Shown piece after piece: positions 30,770 through 45,680 of a stretch of DNA of 64,000 nucleotides; position 1 is the first letter of the stretch, and every line of letters begins with the position of its first letter. The translations under genes and the position numbers were made by a program. The notes below the pieces were generated by a model. It saw only the letters and a program-made list of their open reading frames with translations, did no database searches and was not told where the DNA came from. This stretch comes from the human T2T-CHM13v2.0 reference genome, Homo sapiens, in the NCBI RefSeq assembly GCF_009914755.1, contig NC_060937.1, one strand, 5' to 3'.

Positions 30770-30900
30770 CTTAGAAACCTGTGAAGTGGGAAACACTAAT
30801 ATCCCAATTTTACAGTTAAACAGGCACAGAGAGGCTAAGAGTCTTGCCAAAGGCCACAGAGGAAGGAAGAGACTAAATCTGGAACAAACTTTCTATTCTC
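30770..30900 (-). mobile_element. MIR fragment
   Basis: cctgtgaagtggg...atcccaattttacag...aggcacagagaggctaagagtcttgccaaaggccacag. Confidence 0.65.
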
Positions 30901-33515
30901 CATTTCCAGAAGAAACCACTAAACCATGCTTCCTCTTGTCATGGAAGCTTAAAATATTTGGTATGGTCATCTTGCCTTTTTTTTTCTTTCCAGTGACTGT
31001 ATAAAGGCTTTCGAGATGGTAGTGGTCAAGCTGTCCCTTTCTTTTGCAGCCTTCTCTATGCTTGTCTCCTTGGTGGTGCAGCAGCAGCTTATATTTTCTT
31101 TGCTTGGCTTAGGAAGCTCCCTTTGAGGGTTTCTGAATCCCTGGCCTTTTGGTGATGTTTGATGCAACAATCCTCTTTACCTGCAACCCACATCACTGAC
31201 CTTGGAGCTCAATGAACTTTTCATTTACATGCACAGTCAAATTAAATTTGCCTGGCCTTTGAAAACTTACATCTGTTGAGTGTATAATTTGTATTGCCAT
31301 TTGTTCCACAGATGTGTAACAAGACAAATACCTGTCCAGGCTTATAAGGGATTCAGAAATGCTTACGTTAATCATGCTGGTGGAAAGAGGTTAAGGGCGA
31401 TACAATAAATCAGTCTCCAAATGGTTTCACTTGGAATGGCCTGGGAGAACAGGGTTATTTTTATCCTAGGATGCTTTTAATTTGAATCAAAAATACTTTA
31501 CCACATGTTCTGCCACAAGTTCAAAAGGATTGGTAACAAACATTTAATCTTTTTCTTTTCGTATTGGCGCTAAGCCCTCATCAAAAAGCGTATGCAGTCA
31601 GGCAGCTTATCTCCACTGAGCTGCTTCCCTTAATGTGTTCCTAATTATAATCGTATATATGGCTCACTGTGGCTGATTGAACAATATGGCAGTAATTTCT
31701 TTACAGGCCTCCCTGCTCTTTGAACTGTGAGTACAGAGGGCTAGAACAGAACCAGATCAATGGGATTTGAGTGCTGGCAAATCAAGCCAGATGCGATCTT
31801 TAGAGAATGAGTTTCCAGCTGTTTCCCAGAAAGGGACTTCAACAGACAGCTGGGGACCTTATCATTATCATCATGATCATCATCATCATTCCCAGTAAAT
31901 ACACTCACAACTCTTTACAAAACGTGCAACTATTCTCATCTCTTCCTAAATCATTACCCACCATAAAGTCTCCCAAATGCTTTGAAACTGTGACTATGTA
32001 AAACAGATAAGCCTGTGACTGATGATGTGGGAATGGAAACATAATAATATTATATTGACACTATATATTTGTCAGTGCTGCAAGATGTGCAGCTGAAAGC
32101 AATGTCCAAAATTTATTTTTAAGATACCAAATACTCACAACATTTCCATGTGTTTGTAAGAGGGAGATAACATAATCCTCATTTTCTTGGTCAAAATGGC
32201 ATGTTATTGCTTTGTGCGTACATCTTTGTGTCCTCCACATCACTATCACCGTGCCTTGTTCGAGGCAGTATCCAATAAATGTTTCTAGGAAGAATAAGTG
32301 CTTGCTTTGTATAGAGCCTTGTGCTGTGGGGGAAGACAGCAAGCTTAATACATCCAAAGGAAGTTGCTGTGGCCCTATAAAAGGCTCCCAATTAAAGAGA
32401 CCCTAATATATGAATTTAAAATGATAATTACTTTGAACAATTTAAGGATCATTAAAATGAAAGAAAATGTCCAATAGCAGAGGGACTCACAAGCTTTCCC
32501 AAATGCAACTGACCGAGTTAGCTGGTCTATGTGAAATAATTTATGCCACCTTCAAAAGCCTACCTCGTAAAAATTCTTCCTCTTTAGCCTGCTCTGGGGT
32601 TCCTAAGTCCTGCTCTTGGCCTCCCTTTTTCAGGACTGTCTGTGGATCCAGGGAGGAATTTCAGAAGAGCCAGGATTAGTCAATCAAATTAAACTCAATA
32701 TCACCCAAATAAAGTTGGTCAGGTAAAATAAAGAAGTTGACACGGGAGGTGAAGGTCAGGAGAATGAGAATATTGAGTGATCCTGAGATATGGGAAATGA
32801 CGAGCAAGTCTAGGGATCTGTTTGGTTTTTGTTTATTTGTTTGTTTTGAGCAGTGCTCATAGAAGAGGAAATCTGAAAGTAGGAGCAGAGTAGGGTGGAC
32901 ATGGAAGAGACACAGTCTACATGACTTTGTTCATACTTTGCTTAAAAGATTTTCTCTAATTTATTTCAACTTTTATATTTCTTAGTAAATTCCTTGAAGA
33001 TAGGGACCACCAACGATCTTTTGCTCATTACTTATTCTTAGCACTTGAAAAAAAGCAAATACGAAATATTTATTTTTTAACCTTTGTATCATTACTGTAT
33101 CATAGTAGATGCTCAATAAATATTGGAGTAATAAGTAACTATTTACAATTTTAATTTTAACTATCCTCAACTGAAAAACTCTTCTGGACATTTTAAACTC
33201 TGGTTCTCAAACAAAACAAATTAAAAACCTTTTAGAGCTAAAAGTGTATTATAAAATAAAAATGTCTTTCAAAATAGACCTAGAGTGTGCAGCTGATGAA
33301 TAGCGAATATTTAGTTATATGTACTCAGCTAAACTAAAAGTTCTAGGAACTGTATCATTTTCTATGGGAACAGAGGTAAATAATTTATTTTAATCTGGTA
33401 TGTATATGTATATAAAACTACATCAGTATTACCTGCATGTGATTAAAATCACACAACATGTCTTGAAACTATTTTTCCTCAGGTAACACAGATAGTAAAC
33501 ATGAATTATTTGGAT

Positions 33516-33775
33516 CTGTGCTCTCCAAATATATTTGATTACTCTCTTTTATCAGTTAAAAATTACAAGAAAAACTTTTGAGCATGCACCCTCAATATAT
33601 GTATATTTATTCATGAATTGTATATATACTACTACTATTTGTATTAATATTCAATTTCTTCTTTGCTTTAGATCAAACTACGTTTAAATAAGAATTAAAA
33701 TGCCATTTGTCCATCACCTAATGGCTCAATTTGCTCCTGCCTTGGGTGTGCACACCCTGCTCTGGAACAGACCAG
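33516..33775. mobile_element. hAT-Charlie non-autonomous element (MER113-like)
   Basis: ctctccaaa...tatcagttaaaaatt...tttgagcatgcaccctcaatatatgtatatttatt...gggtgtgcacaccc. Confidence 0.5.
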
Positions 33776-36524
33776 AGCTCTAAAGAAGTGACTGGAAGTT
33801 GTGAATGTCATTGTTATGAAGCTTCAAATTTGCTCTCCTCTTTAGGACACAGACATGGCATTAGAGAAGGGCAGAAAACTGCACTTGGCTGTGCATAGAG
33901 AACACTAGAGACCTCTTGTGCAAGAGAGGGGACTAGGTTGCGTAGTGTAATGAGAGAAGCATGGGTTTTGAGACCGCTACAATGTCTGTGTCTTCTTGGC
34001 CAACATTTCAGTAAGAGTAGTAAGCATATCTCCACAATAGGGTTAAGAGAACCAGTGTCTTCTGAAAAACACATGAAATCATCGTAACCCTGCTAAGTCT
34101 GTGCTTTGCAAAAATTAAAACTAAAACTAATTTTCACTATGACTCTGTTATTCTTCCTTGTTCCTAGGCCACAGGTGGGTGAGAAAATTTCGGTTAAGAG
34201 TTGGATAAATCAGAGTAAGTTGTTACTTCTGAGGATCAAGGGCAAGTAATTGGATCAGGGATGGGTAAACAGAGGGTTTCAATTCTGCATATTATATTTC
34301 AGTGAGTAGGTACAGAGATGATTGTTTTATATCCTTTCCTTCTTATTGAATCTCCTTTTTTTTAAGTGAATAATGAAAAATAGTAGAGATTATACTGGAA
34401 ATTTAGAAAAGTCCTAGGATTGGGTTTACTACAATAATTTAAATAATAAGGTTAATATGGGATTGTAGATGCATGCATTACACTAAAGAGACTTGTAATG
34501 AGGCCCAACTCAGTGGAGTAAGTTGTTAGAGAATTTGGACTTCTTCCTTTTAAGGCTGACTTTGGAAGGGTGAACACTGTGGCATTAAAAAAAAAAGTTT
34601 AACTTCCTTTCTGGAGTGCATACCAGTTCTTATAGCTTGTATAAGCCCTCTATTTTATGCCATTGGGTCATCACAAGTTCTGTAAAATTCTCCATTATCA
34701 TTTTCATGGAAAACAAATCCATTGTAATTCAATTGAACAATTACACATTGATCGTCTAAAATGTGCCAAACATAATACAGAACATGCATTTTATAGGAAA
34801 ATTGGACTGCTCTAAGATATGTAATAAATCATCTTCAATTTTATGAAAAGGGAAGCCAGGCATGTTAATGGAGTTTGTTTTTATAAACATGAAGTGTTTG
34901 GGCATGTTTGATTTTTCAGTTGGGCTGCTCAGCCAAGCTTAGTTAGCACCTTGTAAAAATGAGTTGTTTCTCATTTCCTTAATGGAAAGCAGCGAGAGTC
35001 ATAGCTAAGATCCCCATATCAGCTGGAGGCCTTCTGTAGCACTCCTTAAGCCTCTGAGGTTAGATCCAGGATGCAAATCCGTCTGGTTACTTGAGACCAG
35101 AAAGTGTGTTTCTCCAGAGAATTTAAACTCTCTCCCCATCAGTCATAGACAAGGAAACTATCTAAAAGCAGATCTCTGTTTTCAGATCTCTTAAGTTGGA
35201 AGAAAAGTTTTATTGATAAGCATTTACATCTTAATAATTTCTTGAAATATGTAGCTGGTTCATCATTTTTACAATTCATTTGGCCTTCAGAACACGCCAT
35301 AATTCTGCATCTGTGTGGATATCAATTTTCTTAGTAATATAATGTTAAGAATGTGATAAAACAGGGAGCATGTTGGAACTGTTCCTTGTCCTGTGGCCTT
35401 AACAAGCCACAGCTGTATCAGCAGCTGGTCATTGAAGGAGCCTGGTCCTAGCCTCTCCCAGCGTCCTTTTTCAGCTAGATCAAAAGGAAATATACCAGGC
35501 AGAAGGTTTTATCATCAAAGCCTATAGAAATCTGTGGGAACCAATATTTCCATTTAGATTGCTTCAGCCTCATCAGACTGAAAAGATTTTTCTCTAGTGG
35601 GACAGAGGTTGTTAAATCAGCCAATTTGAAAAGCTTTTTCATCCTCACTGAGTTTATCAAAGAAAAGGAATATGGTGTCAAAAAGTTTGTTCACCCCCCA
35701 ACATGCTTTACTAAGCTCTCAGCTTTTTCTCTTACCAATTATTTTAAAAGTTGTGTTAATTACCACTAGTGATTGTTTAATGGCGATTTTACTGAAAGTA
35801 GTTGCCATAGATTTAATTAATGAACCCCAAACTCCTGCTATTTCAAATGCAGGTAAAGCTAAGGAGCAACTATTATGAGGGAGTGAGTATATTATTCACT
35901 TCTAGAAGGAGTAAAATAATTTTTTTTCATTTAAAGGCATTAAAATAAATATTTATCTTAGTTGTCTCAGATGACACTGTTCAATACAATTGCTTGTCCA
36001 GGCTAAGTTCAGCCTTTCATTCAAAGGGCTCACTGATGCCACAGAGAAGTGTTGAGAAATATTCTGTGTTTATTTTTAGCCTATTTGTACCCATGGCCAT
36101 CTCAGTTTATTTTTATTCTAAATTCATTTTTGCATTTTCTTAATATGTAAAGTATTCTTATAGAGAATACTTAAATATTCTAATAGGCATTCTTATCATA
36201 TACTTCCTGGATTTTTGCAGTAGCTTTCACTATAACTGGTATTTTCATCTCTGTTCTTTTCTTTCTGGAAAAAAGAATTCTGCACACAACTTCCAGATTT
36301 ATCTTCTTGAAACACTGATTTTTAAAAAAATTTTAAGATCCAGGGTACACGTGCAGGATGTGCATGTTTGTTACATAGGTAAATGTGTGCCATGGTGATT
36401 TGCTGCACCTACCAACCCACCACCTATTTTTAGCTATTTTTCTTGAGGCTCTCCCTCACCTCACCCTACTGATGGGCCCCAGTGTGTGTTATTCCCCTCC
36501 TCATGTCCATCTGTTCACATTGTT

Positions 36525-39500
36525 CACCTCCCATTTATAAGTGAGAACATGCATTGTTTGGTTTTCTGTGCCTGCCTTCGTTTGCTGAGGATAATGGCTT
36601 CCAGCTCCATCCATGTCCCGGCAAAGGACATGACCTCATTCCTTTTATGGCTGCATAGTATTCCATAGTGTATATATACCACATTTTCTTTACCCAGTCT
36701 ACGATTGATGGGCATTTGATAGATTTCATGTCTTTGCTATTGTGAATAGTGCTGCAATGAACATACGCATGTGTGTATCTTTATAATAGAATAATTTATA
36801 TTCCTTTGGGTATATAACCGATAATGGGATTGCTGGGTCAAATAGTATTCTGGTTTGAGGAATTGCCACATTGTCTTCCACAGTCGTTGAAGTAATTTAC
36901 ATTCCCACCAAGGTGTAAAAGCGTTCCTATTTCTCTGCAGCCTCGCCAGCATCTGTTGTTTCTTGTCTTTTTAATAATCACCATTTTGGCAGGCATGAGA
37001 TGGTATCTCATTGTGGTTTTGATTGGCATTTCTCTAATGATCAGTAATGTTGAGCTTTCTTTCATATGTTTGTTGGCTGCTTAAATGTCTTCTTTTGAGA
37101 AGTGCCTGTTCATATCCTCTGCCTACTTGTTAATAGGATTGCTTGTTTTTTTTTCTTGTAAATTTGTTTAAGTCCTTTGTATAATAGATTCTGGATATTA
37201 GAACTTTGTTAGATGGATAGATTGAAAAAATTTTATTTCATTCTGTAGGGGTCTGTTCACTCTGATGACAGTTTCTTTTGCTGTGCAGAAGCTCTTTAGT
37301 TTAATTCGATATCATTTGTCAATTTTAGCTTTTGTTGTAATTGCTTTTGGTGATTTCATCATAAAATCTTTTCCCATGACTATGTCCTGAATGGTATTGC
37401 CTAGATTTTCATCTAGGGTTTTCATAGTTTTGGGTTTTACATTTAAGTTTTTAATCCATCTTAACTTAATTTTCGAAAAAGGTGTAAAAAAGGTTTCCAC
37501 TTTTAATTTTCTGCATGTAGATAGCCAGTTCTCCCAGCACCATTTATTAAGTAGGAAATCCTTTCCCCATGGTTTGTTTTTGTCAGGTTTGTCAAAGAAC
37601 AGATTGTTGTAGATGTGTGGTCTTGTTTCTGAGTTCTCTATTCTGTTCTATTGGTCTATGTGTCTGTTTTTGTATCAGTACCATGCTGTTTTGGTTACTA
37701 TAGCCTTGTAGTATAGTTTGAAGTTGGGTTGAGTTATGCCTCAAGCTTTGTTCTTTTTGCTTAGGATTGTCTTGGCTATATGGGCTCCTTTTGGGTTCAT
37801 ATGAATTTTAAAGTAGTTTTTTTCTAATTCTGTGAAGAATGACAATGGTAGTTTAATGGGAATAGCATTGAATCTATAAATTATTTTGGGCAGTATGGCC
37901 ATTTCATGATATTGATTCTTCCCATCCATGAACATGGAATGTTTCTCCATTTGTTTGTGTCCTCTCTGACTTCCTTGAGCAGTGGTTTATAGTTCTCCTT
38001 GAAGAGGTCCCTTACTTCCCTCGTTAGCTGTATTCCTATGTATTTTATTCTCTTTGTGGCAATTGTGAAGTGAGTTCACTCCTGATTCGTCTCTCTGCTT
38101 GCCTGTTGTTGGTGTATAGGATTGCTTGTGATTTTTGCACATTGATTTTGTATTCTGAGACTTTGATGAGGTTGCTTATCAGCTTAAGAAGCTTCTGGGC
38201 TGAGAAGAAGGGGTTTTCTAAATATAGGGATATAGGGATGTGTCATCTACAAACAGAGACAATTTGACTCCCTCTCTTCTTATTTGAATATGCTTTATTT
38301 CTTTCTTTGCCTGATTGCCCTGGCCAGAACTTCCAATAATATGTTGAATAGGAGTGGTGAGAGAGGGCATTTTTGCCTTGTGCCAGTTTTCAAGGGGACT
38401 GCTTCTAGCTTTTTCCCATTCAGTATAATATTGGTTGTGGTTTATCATAAATGGCTGTTATTATTTTGAGATATGTTCCTTTGATCTGTAGTTTATTGAG
38501 AGTTTTTAACTTGAAGGGATGTTAAATTTTATCAAAAGCCTTTTCTGCATCTATTGAGATAATCGTGTGATTTTTTTCTTTAGTTCTGTTTATGTGATGA
38601 ATTATGTTTACCGATTTGCATATGTTGAACCAGCCTTGAACCCCAGGGATGAAGCTGACTTGATGATCATGGTTAGATAAGCTTTTTGATGTGCTGCTGG
38701 ATTCGGTTTGCCAATATTTTATTGAGGATTTTTGCATTAATTTTCACCAGGGATATTGGTATGAAGTTTTCTTTTTTTGTTGTTGTTGTATCTCTGCCAG
38801 GTTTTGGTATGAGGATGATGCTGGCCTCATAAAATGAGTTAAGGAAAAGTCCCTCCTTTTCAATGGTTTGGACTAGTTCCAGAAGAAATGGTACCACTCC
38901 TCTTTGTACCACTGGTATAATTCCTCTGTGAATCGTCTGGTCCTCGGCTTTTTTTTGGTTGGGAAGCTATTTATTATTGCCTCAATTTCAGAACTCATAA
39001 TTGGTCTGTTCAGGGATTCAACTTCTTTCTGCTTCAGTCTTGGGAGGGTGTATGTTTCCAGGAATTTATCTATTTCTTCTAGGTTTTCTAGTTTTTTTTT
39101 CTTGTTTTTGTTTTTGTTTTTGCATTGAGGTGTTTATGGTATTTTCTGATGGTTGTTTGTATTTCTGTGAGGTCAGTGGTGATATCCCTTTATCATTTTT
39201 TATTGTGCCTATTTGATTCTTCTCTCTGTTATCTTTATTAGTTTAGCTAGTGGTCTATTTTATTAATTTGGTCAGAAAATCAGCTCCTAGATTCACTGAT
39301 TTTTTTGAAGAGTTTTTTTTGGTCTCTATCTCCTTCAGTTCTACTCTGACCTTGGTTATTTCTTGTCTTCTGCTAGCTTTTGAATTTGTTTGTTCTTACT
39401 TCTCTAATTCTTTGAATTGTGATGTTAGAATGTCAATTTGAGATCTTTCTTCCTTTTTGATGTGGGGATTTAGAGCTATAAATATTCCTCTTAACACTAT

Positions 39501-40351
39501 TTTAGCTGTGTCCCAGAGATTCTGGTATGTTGTCTCTTTGTTCTCATTAGTTTCAGAGAACTTCTTGATTTCTGCCTTAATTTTATTATTTACCCAGGAA
39601 TCATTCAGGAGCAGATTGTTCAATTTCCATGTGTGGTTTTGAGTGAGTTTCTTACTCTTGAGTTCTAATTTGATTGTGCTGTGGTCTGAGAGACTGTTTG
39701 TTATAATTTCAGTTTCCTTGTATTTCCTGAGGAGTGTTTTACTTCAAATTATGTGATTGATTTTAGAGTAAGTGCCATGTGGTGCTGAGAAGAATGTATA
39801 TTCTGTTGCTTTTGGGTGGAAAGTTCAGTAGATATCTATCTGGCCCACTTGATCCAGAGCTGCGTTCAAGACCTGAATATCTTTGTGAATTTTCTGTTTC
39901 GATGATCAATCTAATATTGACCATGGGGTGTTATAGTCTCCCACTATTATTTTATGGGAGTCTAATTCTCTTTGTAGGCCTCTAAGAACTTGTTTTATGA
40001 ATCTGGGTGCTCCTGTATTGGGTGCATATATATTTAGGATAGTTAACTTTTCTTGTTGAATTGAACCCTTTACCATTATGTAATGCCCTTCTTTGTCTTT
40101 TTTGATCTCTTTTGGCTTAAAGTCTGTTTGTCAGAAACTAGGATTGCAATCCCTGCTTTTTTTCTGCTTTTGATTTGCTTGGTAAGTTTTCCTCCATCCC
40201 TTTGTTTTGAGTCTAGTTGTGTGTTTGCGCATGAGATGGGTCTCTTGAATACAGCACACCAATGGGTCTTGACTCTTTATCCAGTTGCCATTCTGTGCCT
40301 TTTAATTGGGGCATTTAATGTTGGTGTTATGTGTAAATTTGATCCTGTCAT
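36525..40351 (-). pseudogene. L1 ORF2p remnant, heavily disrupted
   Basis: ATG ACA GGA TCA start at 40351. Fragments [21 protein letters not shown]...[13 protein letters not shown] and DWVKKMWYIYTMEYYAAIK lie in different frames. Confidence 0.9.
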
Positions 40352-40419
40352 CATGATGCTAGCTGGTTATTTTGCAGACTTGTTAATGTAGTTGCTTCAT
40401 AGTATCATTGGTCTGTGTA

Positions 40420-41436
40420 CTTCAGTGTGTTTTTGTAGTGTCTGGTAACAGTTTTTCCTTTCCATATATAGTGCTTCCTTCAGGAAATCTTGCAATGCAC
40501 ACCTGGTGGTCATGAATTCCCTTGGCATTTGCTTGTCTGAAAAGGATTTTATTTCTCCTTTGCTTATGAAGCTTAGTTCATCCAGATGTGAAGTTCTGGG
40601 TTGGAAATTATTTTATTTAAGAATGTTGAATATTGACCCCCAATCTCTCCTGGTTTGTAGGGTTTCTGTTGAGAAGTCTGCTGTTAGTCTGACAGGCTTC
40701 CCTCTATATGTGACCTGGCCTTTCTCTCTGGCTGCCCTTAACTTTTTTTCTTTCATTTTGACCTTGAAGAATCTGACAATTAGATGTATTGGGGCTGATC
40801 TTCTCCTGGAGTATCTTACTGGGGTTCTCTGGATTTCCTGAATTTGAATGTTGGCCTACCTTGCTAGGTTGGGGAAGTTCTGGATGATATCCTGAAGTAT
40901 ATTTTCCAACCTGGTTCCATTCTCCTCATTTCTTTCAGGTAACCCAATCAGTTGTAGGTTTGATCTTTTTTACATAATCCCATAGTTCTTGGAGGGTTTT
41001 TTTGGTGCCTTTTTATTCTTTTTTCTCTAATCTGGTCTGCCTGTCTTGTTTCAGCAAGCTAGTCTTCAGGCTCTGAGATTCCTCTGCCTGGTCTGTTTAG
41101 CTATTGATACTTGTGGTTTCATTGTGAAGTTCTCATGTTGTGTTTTTCAGCTTCATCAGGTCATTTATGTTTCTCTCTAAACTGGTTATTCTGGTTAACA
41201 TCTCCTGTAATGTTTTATCATGGTTCTTAGTTTCTTTGCATTGGGTTAGAGCATACTCCTTTAGCTCAGTGAAGTTTGTTATTACCCACCTTCTGAAGCC
41301 TACTTCTCTGTCAGTTCATCCATCTCATCTCAGCCCAGTTCTGTGCTCTTGCTGAAGAGGTGTTGCAATCATTTGGAGGAGAAGAGGCACTCTGGCTTTT
41401 TCGGTTTTTAGCACTTTTGCATTGATTCGTCCTCAT
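40420..41436 (-). pseudogene. L1 ORF1p remnant, disrupted
   Basis: ATG at 41436 after aagttcaccaag; nucleotide similarity to ORF1 with no long open frame. Confidence 0.8.
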
Positions 41437-43742
41437 CTTGGTGAACTTATTTACCTTTGATCTTTGGGGCTGCTGACCCTAGGACATGGTTTTTGTGGGG
41501 TAGTTTTTGTTGATATTGCTGTTGCTTTCTATTTGTTTGTTTGCTTTTTTGTTTAACAGTCAGGGCCCTCTGCCCATAGGACTGCTGCAGTTTGCTGGGG
41601 GTCCACTCCAGAACCCATTCACCTGGGTCCCTCCCACACCTGGAAGTGTCACCAGTGGAGGCTGCAGAATGGCAAAGATGGCTTTCTGTTCCTTTCTCTG
41701 AGAGCTCTACCTCAGAGGGGCACCAACCTGATGCCGGCCAGAACTCTACAGTATATGGTGTCTGGTGACCCCTGTTAGGAGGTCTTACCCAGTCAGAAGG
41801 CACAGGATCAGGAACCCACTTAATGAAGCACTCTGACTGCCTCTTGGCAAAATAAGTGTGCTGCACTGGGGGAAATGCCCCTCATCTGGACTGTCTGGAC
41901 TCCTCAGAGCCAGCAGGCAGGAAAGACTAAGTCTGCTGAACCGTGGAGACTGCAGCCACCCCTTCCACCCCAGGGGCTTCCTCTCAGGGATATCAGCGTT
42001 CTGTTCATAAACCCCTGGCTGGAGTTGCTGAAATTCCCACAGGGAGGCCCTGCCTGGTGAGGAGGAATGGATCCAGGTCCCACCTAAATAAGTAGTCTGG
42101 CCACAATCTGCCATAGCTACTGTGCTGTGCAGTGGGGAATTCTTCCCAGTCCAAACCACCCAGTCTCCCCAATACTGGCAGGGGAAAATGGAAGACTGGA
42201 GCTGCAGTGATGGCAGCTGCCCCTCCCTCTGGAAATTTGGTTGCCTTAGGCAGTCTCCAGCCTGCTACCGCTGGCTGAAACCTGAGTGACCACCGAGCAT
42301 CTGCATGGCTCTGTGCTTGGGACCCAAGGCCCTGGTGGCATGGGCTCATGAGGGGATCTCCTGATCTGTGGGTTGCACAGATCCATGGAAAAAGCATGGC
42401 TTCCCAGGCAGGGTAGCATAACCACTCACCACATCCCTTGGCTGGGGTGGGAGCTCTCTTTGCCCTGTGAGGCTCCTGGGTGGGCCGTCAGTCCACTCTG
42501 TTTCTTCTTGCTCTCTGTGGGTTGTGCCAACCCCATAGTTAGTCCCAATGAGAACACCTGGATACCTCAGCTGAAGGTGCAGGATTCACTCACCGTTTTT
42601 TGTTCGTCTTGAAACACTGATTTTAGTCAGGTGCTTACCTACTCAAAAACCTTCATTGACTTTTCCATGCATATTTGATCAACTCCAAAATTCTTTATCT
42701 TATAATTAAGTGCTTCTTACACAGTAGTCCTAACCTGTCTTGACTCCACCTTTATCTTCCATTATTTGCCAGTAGAAACTATTTTCTATCTAGGTCTCTT
42801 GAAATAGAAAAACATTCATTAAAAGTAAAACACACTTTATAACATTGGCTTTGGCAATGATTTCTTGGATATGGTACCAAAAGCATAAGCAACCAAAGAA
42901 AAAATAGATAAACTGGATGATACCAACATTAAGATTTTCTGTGCATCAAAGAGCATAATCAGCAACATGGAAAGGCAACCTATGGAATGGGAGAAAATAT
43001 CTGTGAATCATATGTCTGATAAGGCATTAATCTGAATTATATAAAGAACTAGTACAACGCAACAACAACAAAACAAACAACTCAATGAAAAAAATGGGCA
43101 AAGAGCTTAAATGGACATTTCTCCAAAGAAGATATACAAATGGCCAATGAAAAGATGTGCCATATCACTAATCATTAAGGAAATGCAAATCAAAACCACA
43201 AGGAAATACCACCTTGCATGCATTAGGATAGCTACTATAAACACAAAAACAAAACAAAGCCAGGAAATAGCAAGCGTTGGTGAGATTATGGAGAAAATGG
43301 AATCTTTGGGCCCTGTTCATGTGGATGTGAAATGATAGAGCTACTGTGGACAACAGTATGAAAGTTTCTCCAAACGTTAAAAGAATTTACCATACGATTC
43401 AGCAATTTTATTAGTAGGTATATACCCCCAAAAAATGGAAGTAGAAACTTGAAAGAATATTTGTACATTCATGTTCATAACAGCATTCATAATAGCCAAG
43501 GCCTGAAAACAACCTGCAGATGAATGTCCAACAGATGAATGGACAAACAAACTAGCATATACATACAATGGAAAATTATTCAGCCTCAAAAAGGAAGGGA
43601 ATTCTTTCTGGTACATGCTACAACACAGAAGAATCTTGAGGATATTATGCTGAGTAAAATAAGCCAGTCAGAAAAGGACAAATACCATATGACTCCATTT
43701 GTATGAAGTACCTAGTCAAATTTGTACAGGTAGAAAGTAGAA

Positions 43743-44044
<302 letters not shown>

Positions 44045-44219
44045 AAAGTAGAATGGTAGTTGCCAGGGATTGAGGGAGTAAGTAATAGGGAGTTATAGTT
44101 TAATGAGTACAGTGTTTCATTTTGCAAGATAAAAACCATTCTGGAGATGGATAATAGAGCTAGTTATACAAGAATGTGAATATATGTCACTAAGCTGCAT
44201 ACTGAAAAATGGGTAAGAT

Positions 44220-44522
<303 letters not shown>

Positions 44523-44624
44523 TTAAGATGACATGTTTTTTGCTTAGTGTGTGTATATTACCACAATTATTTTTAAAAAGTAAACCAAAACACAAATAGT
44601 AATAACATGCAAAAAGGAATACAA

Positions 44625-45680
44625 CACCCAATGCCCAAATTTTGGTTTCTACATATTATTCTCGAATAAAAGAAACTAAGGCTCCTTGGAGAAGTGGCTG
44701 TTTCTAGGACTGCAGCAGGTAAAGGACCAGGTGAGCCTGGAGCTTCTTACAGTGCCAAAAAGAAGTGAAGTGCTAAAAGAAACAAATGGAGCAAAACAAA
44801 CAATGGGGCATGTCAAAGGGATGTAGGAGTCAATTGAGAGGGCCAACTGTCCAAAGCAGGATTAATTTGAGCAACAAAGTAAATAATGTAGCATTGGACC
44901 CAAAGTGTAAAATAAATATCTCTGAGCCCATACTAATATAAATCAACGTATGAGTAAATCAGTAAATGGAGGAGATGGGGCAAATCTTCCTTATGGAAGA
45001 ATTCTAAATATAATATATAGACACTCTCTCCTCCTGGAAGTGGAGCTTAATTCCCCTCTCCTCCTGGAGGAGACAGTGTAACTGGCGTAGTGAATGGAGT
45101 GTGGAAAGGAGAAAAATAGTAATTTTGCAGTGGGGAAGCCTGGCACACACTACCTTAATCAAAGTTAGCACCACTGACAATTAGGGTTGCTATCATACTC
45201 ACTTACATGATGTGATGAGAAGGGCACTTCTCTGTAACATTCTTCTCCCAAGCCCATAACCCCAATCTAACCATGAGGAAAATAGACAATCTAAAATTGA
45301 GGGGTATTTTACAAAATACATGACCAGTACTCTTCAAAGTTGTCAAAGTCATTAAAAACAAGAAAAGACTGAGAAACTATCGTAGGAAACTAATGGGACA
45401 TATGACTAAGTGTAATATAGTAACATGGATGGGATTCTGGTGCAGAAAAAGGAAATTATTAGTAAAAGAACTGTAGAAAGCTGGAATAAATCTAGAGCTT
45501 ATTTGATAATATGTGCCAATGTCAATTTCTTAGTTTTGACGAATGAACCATGGTTATTTAAGTTGTCAAATTAGGGGAAACCAGGGGAAGGACATACAGG
45601 AACTCTGTGGACTATCCTTACAACTCTTCTATAAATGTAAAAACTGTTTTAAAATAAAACTTCATTTGAAAAAAAGAAAT
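44625..45680 (+). mobile_element. L1MC/L1MD-type 3'UTR fragment
   Basis: aagaaactaaggctccttggagaagtggctg...gagcctggagc...ggggcatgtcaaagg, ending ggaactctgtggactatccttacaactcttctataaatgtaaaa. Confidence 0.75.

Larger units (their letters stand above)
36323..42606 (-). mobile_element. Near-full-length LINE-1, L1PA10-like (PA8A-PA11 range), inactive
   Basis: Antisense 3'UTR, ORF2, ORF1 and old-type 5'UTR. Perfect 18-bp TSD TCTTGAAACACTGATTTT at 36305-36322 and 42607-42624. Confidence 0.93.
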
